From Mobula hypostoma (lineage: Eukaryota), in NCBI RefSeq assembly GCF_963921235.1, contig NC_086097.1, positions 151,406,001 to 151,470,000 of the forward strand: 64,000 bases of DNA. Reading direction: 5' to 3'. The notes beneath the pieces are model-generated. The model did not search any database, had not been told where the DNA came from, and saw only the letters and a list, made by a program, of their open reading frames with translations. The position numbers and the translations under genes are program-made. This document shows positions 13,996-26,639 of this stretch, one piece after another (within the stretch, counting starts at the first letter, position 1; every line of letters starts with the position of its first letter).

Positions 13996-14034
13996 ATTAG
14001 ATTAAAACCAGCCCATTAAGCAGTGAAATCAGGA

Positions 14035-15405
14035 CAACATAAAACAAAATGCTGGAGGAACTCAGCAAGTCAGACTGGGGAATAAACTGTTGATATTTTG
14101 AGCTGAGACCCTTCATCAGGACTGGAAAGGAAGAGGGAAGAAGCCAAAATAAGGAGGTGGGTGGAGGTGAAGGAATACAAGCTAATGACAGCAGTCCCCA
14201 ACCACTGGGCCGCAAAGCATGTGCTACTGGGCCGCGAGGAAACGATACGAGTCAGCTGCACCTTTCCTCATTCCCTGTCACGCACTGTTGAACTTGGTTG
14301 CCAACTGTCCTGTATTTGCCGGGACATTCCGTATATTGGGCTAAATTGGTTTCTCCCATACGAGACCACCCTTGTCCCATATATCCCCCGCTAAGGTAGA
14401 ATGTTCCTATGAAACCTTTCGTGCCAAAATGTTGTAAAGCGAAGAAGCAATTAGCATTTATTTATATGGGAAAATTTTTTGAGCGTTCCCAGATCCAAAA
14501 AAACCTACCAAATCATACCAAATAACACACAAAACCTAAAATAATACTAACACATCGTAAAAACAAGAATGATATGATAAGTGCACAGCCTATATAAAGT
14601 AGAAATAATGTATGTACAGTGTAGTCAGGAAGATTAAGCCAAAACCGATCTGTGGGTAAAAAATCGACACGTACACGTATGCGCACGTCACATACGCACA
14701 CGTTACGCATGCGCACACAGGTGCCCACGCAAGGCTTCATGGTCATGGTAGTCTTTCCTGGGGTAAACACAAGTGTCCTGGGATTTGACTGCTACTTTTG
14801 TCCCTTATTTGGGAGTGAGAAAGTTGGCAACTATAACTGTAAAAGACATGTTGATGTGAGTTTAACCCTACTTGAACACCCCCCCCCCCCCCCGTGACAG
14901 GTCAGCAAAATATTGTCAATATTAAACCGGTCTGCGAGCAAAAAGGTTGGGGACCCTTGCTAATAAGATTGTAGGTGAATTTGGGTGGGTGGGGGAGAGA
15001 AGACGAAGTAAGAAGAGGGAATCTGATGGGGGAGGTGAGTAGGTGATGGAGAAAAAGGGAGGAGGGGCACTAGAGATGGATATTAGGCAGGTTACAGAAG
15101 AGGAGCAAGAGGAGACAAAATGGGGAATGGGAAGGGGCAAGAAATTACTGCAAGTTAGAGACACTGATGTTCATGCACTCAGATTGGATGCTACTCCAAT
15201 GGAATTTGATGTGTTGCTCCTCCAACCTGAGAGTGGCCTCATCCTGGCATTAGGAGAGGCCACGGATTGACATATGGGATTGGAGAGTGGAATTAAAATG
15301 GTTGGTCTTCAGGAAATCCCTCCTGTTGTGCATGGAGCAAAGGTGCTTGACAAAGCAGTCCCCCATTCTATATTAGGCCTCACTGATGTAGAGGAGGCCA
15401 CACTG
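14035..15405 (-). mobile_element. Penelope-like (GIY-YIG) fragment split by a hAT insertion
   Basis: atgctggaggaactcagc...gacccttcatcaggact left part, resuming after 14960 with a purine-rich UTR and GIY-YIG C-terminal remnant (ctcctccaacctgagagtggcctcatc). Confidence 0.75.
14189..14959. mobile_element. Composite non-autonomous hAT-type element
   Basis: TIRs cagcagtccccaacc / ggttggggacccttg with imperfect 8-bp TSD gctaatga / gctaataa. Internal second TIR pair ggttgccaact / agttggcaac and a Tigger-end fragment. Confidence 0.75.
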
Positions 15406-15582
15406 GGAAATCAGGATGACTACTTTTACACACAGATTACAAGAAGTCTGGAATTCTCTTGAATATGGGTTTTAAATTGGTTGCAACTTTCAAAGCTTTA
15501 GGTCAGCATTAGGTAACAGTATTAAGGGATATGGTATAAAGCAGGCAAGAGAAACTGACATATGGATCACTCATTAGATAGC

Positions 15583-18500
15583 ATGCCTGCAGGGTTAGTG
15601 CTTTGTTCAGGGTGTCAGATGTGGGAATCCTGGGAGACCTCCAGCCTCCCTGATGGACACATCTGCGCCAGGTGCACCGAGATGCAGCTCCTTAGAGACC
15701 GTGTTAGGGATCTGGAGCTGCAGCTTGATGACCTACTGCTTATTAGGGAAAGTGAAGAGGTGATAGACAGGAGCTACAGGGAGGTAGTCATCCCTAGGCT
15801 ACAGGGGTCAGAAAACTGGGTGACTGTCAGGAGAGGGAAGCAAAATGCCCGGATAGTGGAGAGCACCCCTGTGGCTGCCCCCCTCAGCAACAAGTATCTC
15901 GTTTTGGATGCTGTTGAGGGGGGTGAACTGACAGGATGGCCACAGTGACCGGGTCTCTGGCACTGAGCCTGACGCTGTTGTGCAGGAGGGAAGGAGGGAG
16001 GAGAGGAATGCGGTAGTCCTAGGGGATTCCATAGTCAGGGAAACGGGCAGGAGATTCTGTGAGCCTGATAGAGATACCCGCATGGTGTGTTGCCTCCCAG
16101 GTGCCAGGGTACGGGATGTCTCGGATCAGGTCCTGAATATTCTGAAGGGAGAGGGCGAGCAGCCAGCTGTCTTGGTAAATGTTGGTACCAATGACATAGA
16201 TAGTAAAAAGGAGGAGGTCCTGAAGAGAGATTTCCGGGAGTTAGGAAGGAAGCTGAGAAGCAGGACCTCCAGGGTAGTAATCTCAGGATTGCTACCTGTG
16301 CCACATGTCAGCGAGGGCAAGAATAGTAGGATCAGGCAGATGAATGTGTGGCTGAGAGACTGGTGCAGGGGGCAGGGCTTTAGATTCTTGGATCATTGGG
16401 ATCTCTTCTGGGGGAAGTATAATCTGTTCAAAAAGGACGGGTTACACCTGAACCCAAAGGGGACCAATATCCTGGTGGGAAGGTTTAATAGAGCTGTTAG
16501 GGAGGGTTTAAACTAACTTGGCACGGGGATGGGAACCGGAATGATAGAGGAGGGAGAAAACAGAAATAAATCTCAGATAGTGAGCAGTTAAGATGTCAGG
16601 AAGGACAGGCAGGGGATGAAGCAAATTTGCAGCTATTGGGATGAGTTGCATTGCAATCAAAGCAAAAAGTACCAAATACTGGTCTTAAGGTGTTATACTT
16701 AAATGCACGCAGCATAAGGAATAAAGTGGATGATCTTGTCATACAGCGACAGATTGGCAGGTATGATATTATGACCATCACTGAGATGTGGCTAAAAGGA
16801 TGCATGTCTCTGGGAGCTGAACGTCCAAGGATACACGGTGTATCAAAAGGACAGGTAGGTAGGCAGAGGGGGTGGCGTGGCTTTATTGGTAAGAAATGAT
16901 ATTAAATAGTTAGAAAGGGGTGCAAAATCGTTATGGGTTGAGCTAAGAAATCGCAGGGCTAAAAGGACCCTGTTGGCAGTTATATACAGGCCTCCAAAGA
17001 GCTGCAGTGATGTGGATGACAAATTACAACAGGAAATGGAAAAGGCTTGTCGGAAGGGCAATCTTATGATAACTGTGGGGGGTTTTAACATGCGAATTGG
17101 GAAAATCAGGTCGGCACTGGATCTCGAGAGAGAATTTGTCGAATGTCTGCGAGATGGCTTTTTAGAACAGCTTGTTGTTGAGTCCACTAGGGGATCGTCT
17201 GTACTGGATTGGGTATTGTGTAATGAACCAGAGATGATTAGAGAGATTGAGGTGAAGGAACCCTTAGGAAGCAGTGATCATAACATGATTGAGTTCACTG
17301 TGAAATTTGAAAATGAGAAACTGAAATCTGATGTGTCGGTATTTCAGTGGAGTAAAGGAAAAACAGTGGCATGAGAGAGGAACTGGCCAAAGTTGACTAG
17401 AGAGGGACACTAGCGGGAAGGATGGCAGAGCAGCAGTGGCTGGAGTTTATGTGAAAAGTGAGGAAGCAAGACAGATATATTCCAAAAAAGAAGAAATTTT
17501 CTAATGGAAAAAGGATGCAGCCATGGCTGACAAGAGAAGTCAAAGCCAAAGTTAAAGCAAAGGAGAGGGCATACAAGGAAGTGAAAATTAGTGGGAAGAC
17601 AGGGGATTGGGAAGTTTTTAAAAGCTTGTAAAAGGAAACTAAGAAAGTCATTTAAGAGGGAAAAGATGAACTATGAAAGGAAGCTGGCAAATAATATCAA
17701 ATAGGATACTAAAAGCTTTTTCAAATATATAAAGAGTAAAAGACAGGTGAGAGTAGATATAGGACTGATAGAAAATGATGCTGGAGAAATTGTAATTCAA
17801 GATAAGGAGATGGCGAAGGAACTGAATGAGTATTTTGCATCAGTCTTCACTGAGGAAGACATCAGCTGTATACCGGACACTCAAGGATGTCAGGGAAGAG
17901 AAGTGTGCACAGTCACAATTATGACAGAAAAAGTACTCAGGAAGCTGAATAGTCTGAGGGTAGATTAAATCTCCCAAACCAGATGGAATGCACCCTCGTG
18001 TTCTGAAGGAAGTAGCTGTGGAGATTGCAGAGGCATTAGCAATGATCTTTCAAAAGTCAATAGATTCTGGCATGGTTCTGGAGGACTGGAAGGTTGCAAA
18101 TGTCACTCTGCTATTTAAGAAGGGGGCAAGGAAGCAAAAAGGAAATTATAGACCTGTTAGCTTGACATCGGTGGTCGGGAAGTTGTTGGAGTCGATTGTC
18201 AAGGATGAGGTTACGGAGTACCTGGAGGCATATGACAAGATAGGCAGAACTCAGCATGGTTTCCTTAAAGGAAAATCCTGCCTGACAAAGCTATTGCAAT
18301 TTTTTGAGGAAATTACGAGTAGGCTAGACGAGGGAGATGCAGTGGATGTTGTGTATTTGGATTTTCAGAAGGCCTTTGACAAGGTGCCGCCCATGGAATT
18401 ACAGGGAAGTTACATACGGGGATAGAGCGTTGGCTGATTGGCAGGAAACAGAGAGTGGGAGTAAAAGGATCCTATTCTGGTTGGCTGCCGGTTACCAGTT

Positions 18501-19520
18501 GTGTTCCACAAGGGTCCGTGTTGAGGCCGCTTCTTTTTACGTTGTACATTAACGATTTGGATTCTGGAATAGGTGGCTTTGTGGCTAAGTTTGCTGATGA
18601 TACAAAGATAGGTGGAGGGGCCGGTAGTGCTGAGGAAAGGGAGAGTCTGCAGAGAGACTTGGATAGATTGGAAGAATGGGCAGAGAAGTGGCAATTGAAA
18701 TACAATGTTGGAAAATGTATGGTAATGCACTTTGGCAGAAGAAATAAACGGGCAGACTATTATTTAAATGGGGAGAGAATTCAAAGTTCTGGGATGCAAC
18801 AGGACTTGGGGAGTCCTCGTGCAGGATACCCATAAGGTTAACCTCCTGGTTGAATCGGTGGTGAAGAAGGTGAATGCAGTGTTACCATTCATTTCTAGAG
18901 GAGTAAAGTATAGGAGAAGGGATGTGATGTTGAGGCTCTATAAGGCACTGGTAAAATCTCACTTGGAGTACTGTGTACAGTTTTGGTCTCCTTATTTAAG
19001 AAAGGATGTGCTGACGTTGGAGAGGGTTCAGAGAAGATTCACTGAAATGATTCCGGGAATGAGAGGGTTAACATATGAGGAATGTTTGACCACTCTTGGA
19101 CTGTACTCCTTGGAGTTTAGAAGAATATGGGGGGGGACCTCGTAGAAACATTTCAAATATTGAAAGGCATGGACAGAGTGGATGTGGCAAAGTTGTTTCC
19201 CATGGTGGGGAAGTCCAGTACAAGAGGGCATGATTTCAGGATTGAAGGGGGCCCATTCAGAACAGAGATGCAAAGAAATTTTTTCAGCCAGAGGGTGGTG
19301 AATCTGTGGAATTTGTTGCCACGGGCGGTAGTGGAGGTCAAGTCACTGTGTATATTTAAGGCAGAGATTGATAGGTATCTGAGTAGCCAGGGCATCAAAG
19401 GTTATGGTGAGAAGGCGGGGGAGTGGGACAAAGTGGGCAAATGGATCAGCTCATGATAGAATGGTGGAGCAGACTGGATGGGCCGAATGGCCGGCTTCTG
19501 CTCCTTTGTCTTATGGTCTA
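15583..19520 (+). mobile_element. Near full-length CR1 LINE, disrupted by frameshifts and stops: ORF1 (zinc finger/leucine zipper + SGNH/GDSL esterase) and ORF2 (APE endonuclease + RT)
   Basis: CSGC...CARC and leucine zipper (15562..15948). VLGDSIVR, VGTND, DGLHL (15980..16516). YLNARSIRNK, IYRPP, LGSSDHN, NYRPVSLTS, PQGSVL, KFADDTK. cttatggtct tail. Confidence 0.96.
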
Positions 19521-20519
19521 CATGATTTTAATATTGATTAAATATTGTGTTTTGCTACAGACAATCCATTGAGCAAGAATGAAGGAACTGTAGATATTGT
19601 AGCATCTTTGGTTATATTGGCTTCTTGTATTAATAGTGCTATTGATGCTAGTGACAGGACTCGGGGATGCATTGAAGACCTTAGCTGTAAGGCTGCAGGA
19701 TTTTCTTTCGTAGGCCCAGGGAAGTTACAAGGAAGAGAAAATTGAAGAGATAGTAAGTTTGCCTTTTGTTATTTTACACTGAACTTGGATTCCTCAGGTA
19801 GGCTAGCTTGTCTTGCAGGATTGGCAAGCACCATGTGGTGGTGCGGTGGGGAGAGATAGTGCAAGGCCCAGTGACATGAGAGTAAAACATAAAGGTAGAT
19901 TTTGTATTTTTAATCTACCCCTTTAGCAGTTTTTATTTTACACTAACTGAATTGCATGGGTTTCTATTTCTTGAAATCAAATGCATTTTGTCTGTATGTC
20001 TCTGAAGAGTTAGAATTAAGAGGAACTTGTGAAAAGTTATGTTTTAGACTGCATCCTTGCAGCAACATATTAATCCAATGGTTTCTTAACTACTTGACAA
20101 TTCTTTCTTTAGGGAATTAATTGCAGCATATTTCTATATTTATCTTTTCTACCAGATGTGCTGAATATTTTCAGCATGCTTTTATATCATTTTGTGTTTG
20201 TAGGTTCTAATTTGAAACATTTAAGATTTAACTAATTGTTTCAGTGCTATATTAAGTAGCATTTATCTAAATTTAAAATGTATGTACTTTTATGTACTTG
20301 GATCAGTGAATGGGATACTCTCAAGTGTTCTTTTGCAAATGCTTGGTAATTAGAACCTGCTGTTTTTCTGCTTGGAAATTTCAGTTAGGATTACCCAAAG
20401 AACAAAGGTGTTCTTCAGCCTGTGAAATTTTGCCAAGCTAATTAAGCTAATGACACCTAATCCTTCCTTTCATACCCTACATATTCATTTCAGCATCTGG
20501 TTTATTATCACTGACGTAA

Positions 20520-21465
20520 CATATAGAACAGTAAGCACAGAAACAGGCCCTTCAGCCCACCATGTTGAGGCAAACCAAATAAATTAATAATCAAATAGCC
20601 AATTAAACAAATCCCTTATGCCTACAATGTCCATATCCTTCCATTTTACTCTCATTCATGTTCCTATCTAAATGTCTCTTAAATGTCCGTAATATCTCTA
20701 AATTGGGAGTTCCCAACATTTTTATTACATATTTTTACCATTAAGCAAGGGGTCCATTGACCCCAGATTGGGAACCCCTGCTCTAAATTAAAATAATATG
20801 TTTGTCTCTACCACCACCCCAGGTAGCACATTCCAGATACCCACCACTTTCTGCGCAAACAAAAGAAACAACTTACCCCTCGCATCCCCTATGAAATTGT
20901 GCCCTCTCATGTTAAATGCATGCCCTGTGGTATTAGATATTTTGACCCTGGGCATAAAGATAATGTCTGTCTACTCTATCTATACCTTTTGTAATCTTAT
21001 AAACCTCTGTCAGATCTCCCTTCAGCCTCTGATGCTCCAGAGAAAACAGTCTAAGTTTGTACAACTTCTTATCATAGCACTTGCCTTCTAATCCAGGTAA
21101 TATCCTAGTAAACCTCTTCTGCACGCTCTGCTTCCTATAATGGGGTATCCAGAACTGCATGTTGTACTCCAGATGCTGCTTAATTAGAGTTTTATAAAAC
21201 TGTCGTATAACTCCTTGAGTTTTGAACTCAGTGCTTTGACCAATAAAGGCAAGCATGCTATATGCCTTCTTAACCACCCTATTAGACTGTGTACCCACTT
21301 TCAGGGAGCTATGAACTTGGACCCCAAGATTCTTCTGCTAATCAACACTTAAGGGTCTTGCCCTTAACAGTATATTGTCTTTACATTTGACCTACCAAGG
21401 TGCAACACTTCACATTTGGCTGGATTAAACCCCATTTGCCATTTCTCTGCCCAAATCTGTAACTG
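20520..21465 (-). mobile_element. CR1 LINE 3' fragment
   Basis: ORF 20933..21298 (VVKKAYSMLAFIGQS...HLEYNMQFWIP). Confidence 0.85.
20704..20780. mobile_element. 77-bp hAT-type MITE
   Basis: Perfect 8-bp TSD ctctaaat (20696-20703 and 20781-20788). Degenerate TIRs tgggagttcccaac / attgggaacccctg. Confidence 0.8.
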
Positions 21466-21469
21466 AACC

Positions 21470-24400
21470 AACCCCTATGAAACACCACTAGTCACTGGAA
21501 GCCAACCATAAAAAGCTCCCTTTATTTCCAATCTGCCTCCTGCCAATCAGCCAATGTTCTATCCTTGCTAGTATCTCTCCTGTAATACCATGGGTGCTTG
21601 TTAAGCATATGAGGTCTTCTGAAAATCCAAGTTTATAACATCAACTGATTCTCCTTTGTCTATGCCGCTTGTTATTTCTTCACAGAATTCCAACAGATTT
21701 GTCAGGCAAGATTTTCCCTTAAGGAAATCATGCTTATTTTATTATGTACCTCTAAGTACCCTGAAACCATATCCTTAAAGTTCAAAGTAAAATTGATTAT
21801 CAGAGTACATACATGTCACCACATACAACCCTGGGAATCTTTTTTCCTGTGGCATACTCAGCAAATCAATAGAATAGTAACTATAAACAGGATCAGCAGC
21901 AAGTAAAGGGAGTGGCCAGGGTGGTGAGTATCTTTGATGATGGATGCTGCTTTATTGCAACAATGTTCTATGTTTCCTTAACAATCAACTCCAACATCTT
22001 AACAGACACTTGAGGTCAGATTAACTGCCCTAGAATTTCCATCTTCTGCCTCCCTCTCTTCTTGAAGAGTGGAGTAACATTTGTGGTCTTCCAGTCCTCC
22101 AGAACCATTCCAGACTCAATTGATTCTTGAAGGATCATTACTAATGCATCCACTATCTCTTTATCCGCCTCTTTCAGAATCCTAGGGTGTATCCCATCTA
22201 CCTTTCAGAGCTTTCTTTCCCAAAAACCTTCTCCCTAGTAATGGCAACTTCACACACTTCTGCCCACGATACTATTGAACTTCCGACATATTGCTAGTGT
22301 CTTCCGCAAAAAGACCGATGCAAATACTTATTCAGTTCACCTGTCACTTTTCCCCCCATTATCTCTCCAGCGTCATTTTCCAGTGGTCCGATATCTCTAT
22401 TCTTGTTTCTTTTACACTTCATATATCTGGGGGGAAAAAAATTTTTGGTACAGGTTTCTTCCGCCATCCGAAGGTAGAGCATTCCTATGAAACAGTTCGT
22501 AAGCCAGAAGGTCGTAAAGCAAAGAAGCAATTACTATTTATTTATATGGGAAAAATTTGTGAGCGTTCGCAGACCCAAAAATAACCTACCAAATCATGCC
22601 AAATAACACATAAAACCTAAAATAACAGTAACATATAGTAAAAGCAGGAATGATATGAGAAATACACAGCCTATATAAAGTAGAAATACTTCTCCACAAT
22701 CATTGCCTGTACTGTTCTCCGTAGCGAAAATCTCACGCAAGCACTCTCAGCAAAAACACTCTCTATCAGTAACCTTTAAGCTATGAAGTTGCCAAATCAT
22801 ACCAAATAACGCATAAAAATACACAGCCTACATAAAGTAGAAATAATGTATGTACAGTGTAGTATCACTTACCGGAATTGGGAAGGCAGCGCTGAGCACA
22901 CTGATGATGGTGTGTTGGGCTGAGTCGTCGGAGGTTGGGGTGGTGCAGTGGCCCCCACCCTCCGGGCCGCCAACCGATACTGAACCGCGAAGCATGCAGG
23001 GGTACATGGGCAGCACCTAATTAATTAGCTTATTTATTTTGGCTTTTTTCTTAAAGATGCGCTAGGTGCACTCCAGCTACCACTGTATTCTCCACGAATC
23101 AGTATCTGTCCGCGGCCTGGGGGTTGGGGTGGTGGGACACTGAGGTGTCATCTGTTTCCATCAGGGTAGGCAGGTCAACTTCTTCTATGTCTGCCTGCCT
23201 CGATGTTGAAGGTCAAGGCTCGTCGTCTGCTGTGGCTGATATGGAAGGCTTGAAAAACGACAGTATGCTTGACTGCTCAGCCTCGCGCATTTTCTATCGT
23301 ACAGTTCTTTGTAAGTACTCAAACCATCCTGCAAATATGCCCTAAACCGACGTACCCTTTCAAAATTAAAGTCGTACTTTATCATTGCAGCGAAAATCTC
23401 ATGCAGTTGCTTCATGTTCAGTTCCTGGACAACTTCACTTTTGGTCCGTCGCTACTGCATTCGGTTTCGATTGTTATCCTTTCCTCTTCCAATTGCATCA
23501 GCTCTTCATCTATCAATTCTTGGTGATGGGATGCCAAAACCTCTTCAACATCGTCTTCGTTGACTTTCACAAGCCAAACTCACTTTGTCCTTACTTCGTT
23601 CACCAGGATCGAAACGCTTAATTATGTATAGTTTTACACTAAGTGTAACACCCTTGCGAGCTCTTTGAGGCTTTTCCGATACTGTAGAACTGATCTTGCT
23701 AACAGCTGCTCACAGGCACGTGTTTAAGCAATGCGCGCTAGAATACCGTTCCGAATCCAAGGGAGGAGCGGCTGCTCGGGGCGCGCGCTGCTTTTTTTTT
23801 GTGCGCTGCCTTTTATCGTACACTGCCTTTTTTCGTAACAGTGAAAACATCTTCTGTTAGCGAAAACAGGGAACTAATGTAGGTCTTTTGTAACAGTGAA
23901 GTTTCGTAAAATGAACGTTCAAAAAGCAGAGGACACCTGTATCCTGTTTAATAATTATTGGCCAGCTTACCTTCATATTCCATCTTTTCCTTGTGACTTT
24001 TTTAGTTGCCTTCTGTTGGTTTTTAAAAGCTTCCCAATCTGCTAACTTCCCTCTGTTTTTTGCTCTAGTATGTACCCTCTCTTTGGCTTTTATAGTGGCT
24101 TTGGTGTCTCTTGTTGATCACAATTGTGCCATCTTGCCTTTAGAATATTGCTACTTTGGGATATATTCTGCGCCTTACAGATTGCTCCCTGAAATTCCAG
24201 CCATTGTTGCTGGTGTTTCTTTCCAATCATTTTTGACCAGCTCCTCTCATATCTCTAATTCCCTGTACTCCACTGTAATACTAATAACATTTGACTTTAG
24301 TTTCACCTTCTCAAATTGCAGGGTGAATTAATCATATTATGATCACTTGTCCCTAAGGGACCCTTTACCTTTAAGCCCTCTAATCAATTCTGGTTCATTG

Positions 24401-24705
24401 CACAACACCCAATCCAGAAGAGCTGATCCTCTTGTGGTCTCAATCATGAGCTGCTGTAAAACACCATCTCATAGGCATTCTATAAATACCCCCTCTTGGG
24501 ATCCAGCGCCAACCTGCCCCCCTATAACTATCATAAACAGTGCCCTATCTTTACTACTGATTGTGGGGGGGGGGGGGTGAGGTGGTCTCTATTTTCCGTA
24601 GCTCTACCCACAATGCTACACTTTCCAATCCTATCTCACCTCTTTCTAATGATTTGATTCCATTTTTTTTTTAACAACAAAGCCACACCTGTCCTTTCGA
24701 TACAA
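21470..24705 (-). mobile_element. CR1 LINE ORF2 fragment interrupted by a Tigger element (and a short Rex-like piece near 21780-21970)
   Basis: Reverse complement of sequence homologous to 16900-18500 (e.g. DIGPLENDAGEI). Continuity across the 22451-23939 insertion at a TA site. Confidence 0.8.
22451..23939 (-). mobile_element. Tigger/pogo-family internally deleted DNA transposon
   Basis: TA|CAGGT...ACCTG|TA termini with imperfect TIRs. Minus-strand transposase C-terminal remnants (VNEDDVEEVLASHHQELIDEELMQLEEE; DFNFERVRRFRAYLQDGLSTYKELY). Confidence 0.88.
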
Positions 24706-24839
24706 GGGGAGGAGGGGAAGATGGCGGCACGACGCAGTGCGCAACAGCCACTCCGGTGAATGATATCTGTTAAGTAGGGTGCCATGCACAATCTTGATTG
24801 GATGGAGACAGACTTGAGAGCACGGAGGAACATCTGGAA

Positions 24840-25391
24840 GGACTGCCACACATTTTAATTCCACGTCCCATTACCATTCTGATACGTCTATCCACTGCCT
24901 CCTCTACTGTAAAGATGAAACCATACTCAGGTTGGAGGAACGACACCTTATATTCCATCTGGGTAGTCTCCAACCTGATGGCATGAACATTGACCTCTAA
25001 CTTCCGTTAATGCCCCACCTTCCCTTCATACCCCATTCGTTATTTATTATATATTTTTTTCTCTCTCTCCTTTTTCTCCCCCTGTCCCTTTCACTATACT
25101 CCTTGCCCATCCTATGGGCTCCCCCCCCCTTCTTTTTCCCTAGGCCTCCTGTCCCATGATCGTCTCATATCCCTTTTGCCAATCAACTTTCCAGCTCTTA
25201 GCTCCATCCCTCCCCCTCCCCCTCCTGTCTTCTCCTATCATTTCGGATCTCCCCCTCCCCCTCCCTCTTTCAAATCTCTTACTATCTCCTCTTAGTCCTG
25301 ATGAAGGGTCTCGGCCCGAAACGTCGACTGTACCTCTTCCTATAGATGCTGCCTGGCCTGCTGCATTCACCAGCAATTTTTGTGTGTTGCT
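24840..25391 (+). mobile_element. Penelope-like element 3' fragment (GIY-YIG C-terminus + pLTR)
   Basis: Near-identical in layout to 32970-33540. Encodes HFNSTSHYHSDTSIH.LLYCKDETILRLEERHLIFHLGSLQPDGMNID. Confidence 0.9.
25294..25329 (+). ncRNA. Minimal type I hammerhead ribozyme motif (Penelope pLTR)
   Basis: AGTC-CTGATGA-agggtctcggccc-GAAAC-GTC-GACT: intact CUGANGA and GAAA core, stem I AGTC/GACT, stem II ggg(tc)/(g)gccc, palindromic ACGT stem III. Confidence 0.8.
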
Positions 25392-26639
25392 GCATTTATG
25401 GTCCCCAATTGTCTCAAGGTTTCTTATGTAGATGATAAAATACTTTTTCAAAGTGTGGAAAGGATTGTAATACAAGAAGATTTTAATACTGAATTGTTCA
25501 AATTTGTCTCGGATCATTTCTACTACCTGCAAGATTTGTGCCTATAATGTAATAGAAGTATCTACCGGGGCTGCAGTCAGTAGAACTACAAAAACCATGT
25601 CTCAGACAGACCATACAGCTTGATCAGTGCTCTACTATTAAACCAATTACTGACCTCATCACTGACTTGAACAACATAGCCGTTTTCTTAGCTTATTACT
25701 ACATTACCAGAAAATTGAAGTGCTCAGCAGGTCTAACTACATCTGTCAAAAGCGAACTGATTCAGGTTGTAATTTCTTTGGACCAGAAGAGAAGGTAGTG
25801 TGGTGTTGGGGAAGCAGGGAGGTTGCATGGAAAACTGGGGTGGCTATGGGAATAAATGGTAAACAATGCTATTTGGCCATTGAGTGAATGGGAGGAGTTA
25901 GAAAGTGAGAAATTGGTTAACAACAGTAAAGCAAACAAAAAAAAAACAGTAGTCTAGATTGGATCAAAATAAAATACAAGACCAAATAAATGTGAGAATT
26001 TAAAAATTGCAGAGCTGGAGTGCAAGGCCTACAGATCAGGCTAGGCATATTCATCACTTCCAGAGAAAAGAAAGGAAAGGCGGTGGGGGGGGGGGAGTGC
26101 GTGGTAGTGTGGAGTAAGCAAGTTGAACTAATTTTACAGCTGGATCACAAATGTAGACTGAGAAATCAAGTTTCCTGAAGATGCAAAATTGAGTTAGATG
26201 CATTGAGGTCTCACTATGACAGTACATTAGGGCAGAGACTGGTGATTCAGAATGGCATGAGGAAACATTGTGGGTTTTTTGAGTGGAATGAGGAATTAAA
26301 GTCACTTTGTTCATTTTCACAAGCTTATCCTATGTTGTCTGCTGTTAAGGACAAGGTGAAAGAGATGTCACATGAGGATCTTCCATTGCAATCCAAACAA
26401 TTAGCTAAAATCCTAGATTTCCTTATTCAGTAACATCAAGGGATGCTCAACCATAAAGAAATCAATAGTTTGAGAAGCTGAAGAGTAAACAGAACAGTTT
26501 ATAATAGCGACACTTATATCTTGTTCAAATTTAAAAAGCTAACCCTTTTGAAGAGTCTAGTTCACTCACTCTTCCTAATATGTGTATGTGGTTATTAGCT
26601 GAACTAACTTTGGGCCTGGTATGCAAATGATTCATAGAT

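Noticed and set aside
15980..16516. GDSL/SGNH esterase ORF as a host gene
   Set aside because: It is the known esterase domain of CR1 ORF1, between the zinc finger and ORF2.
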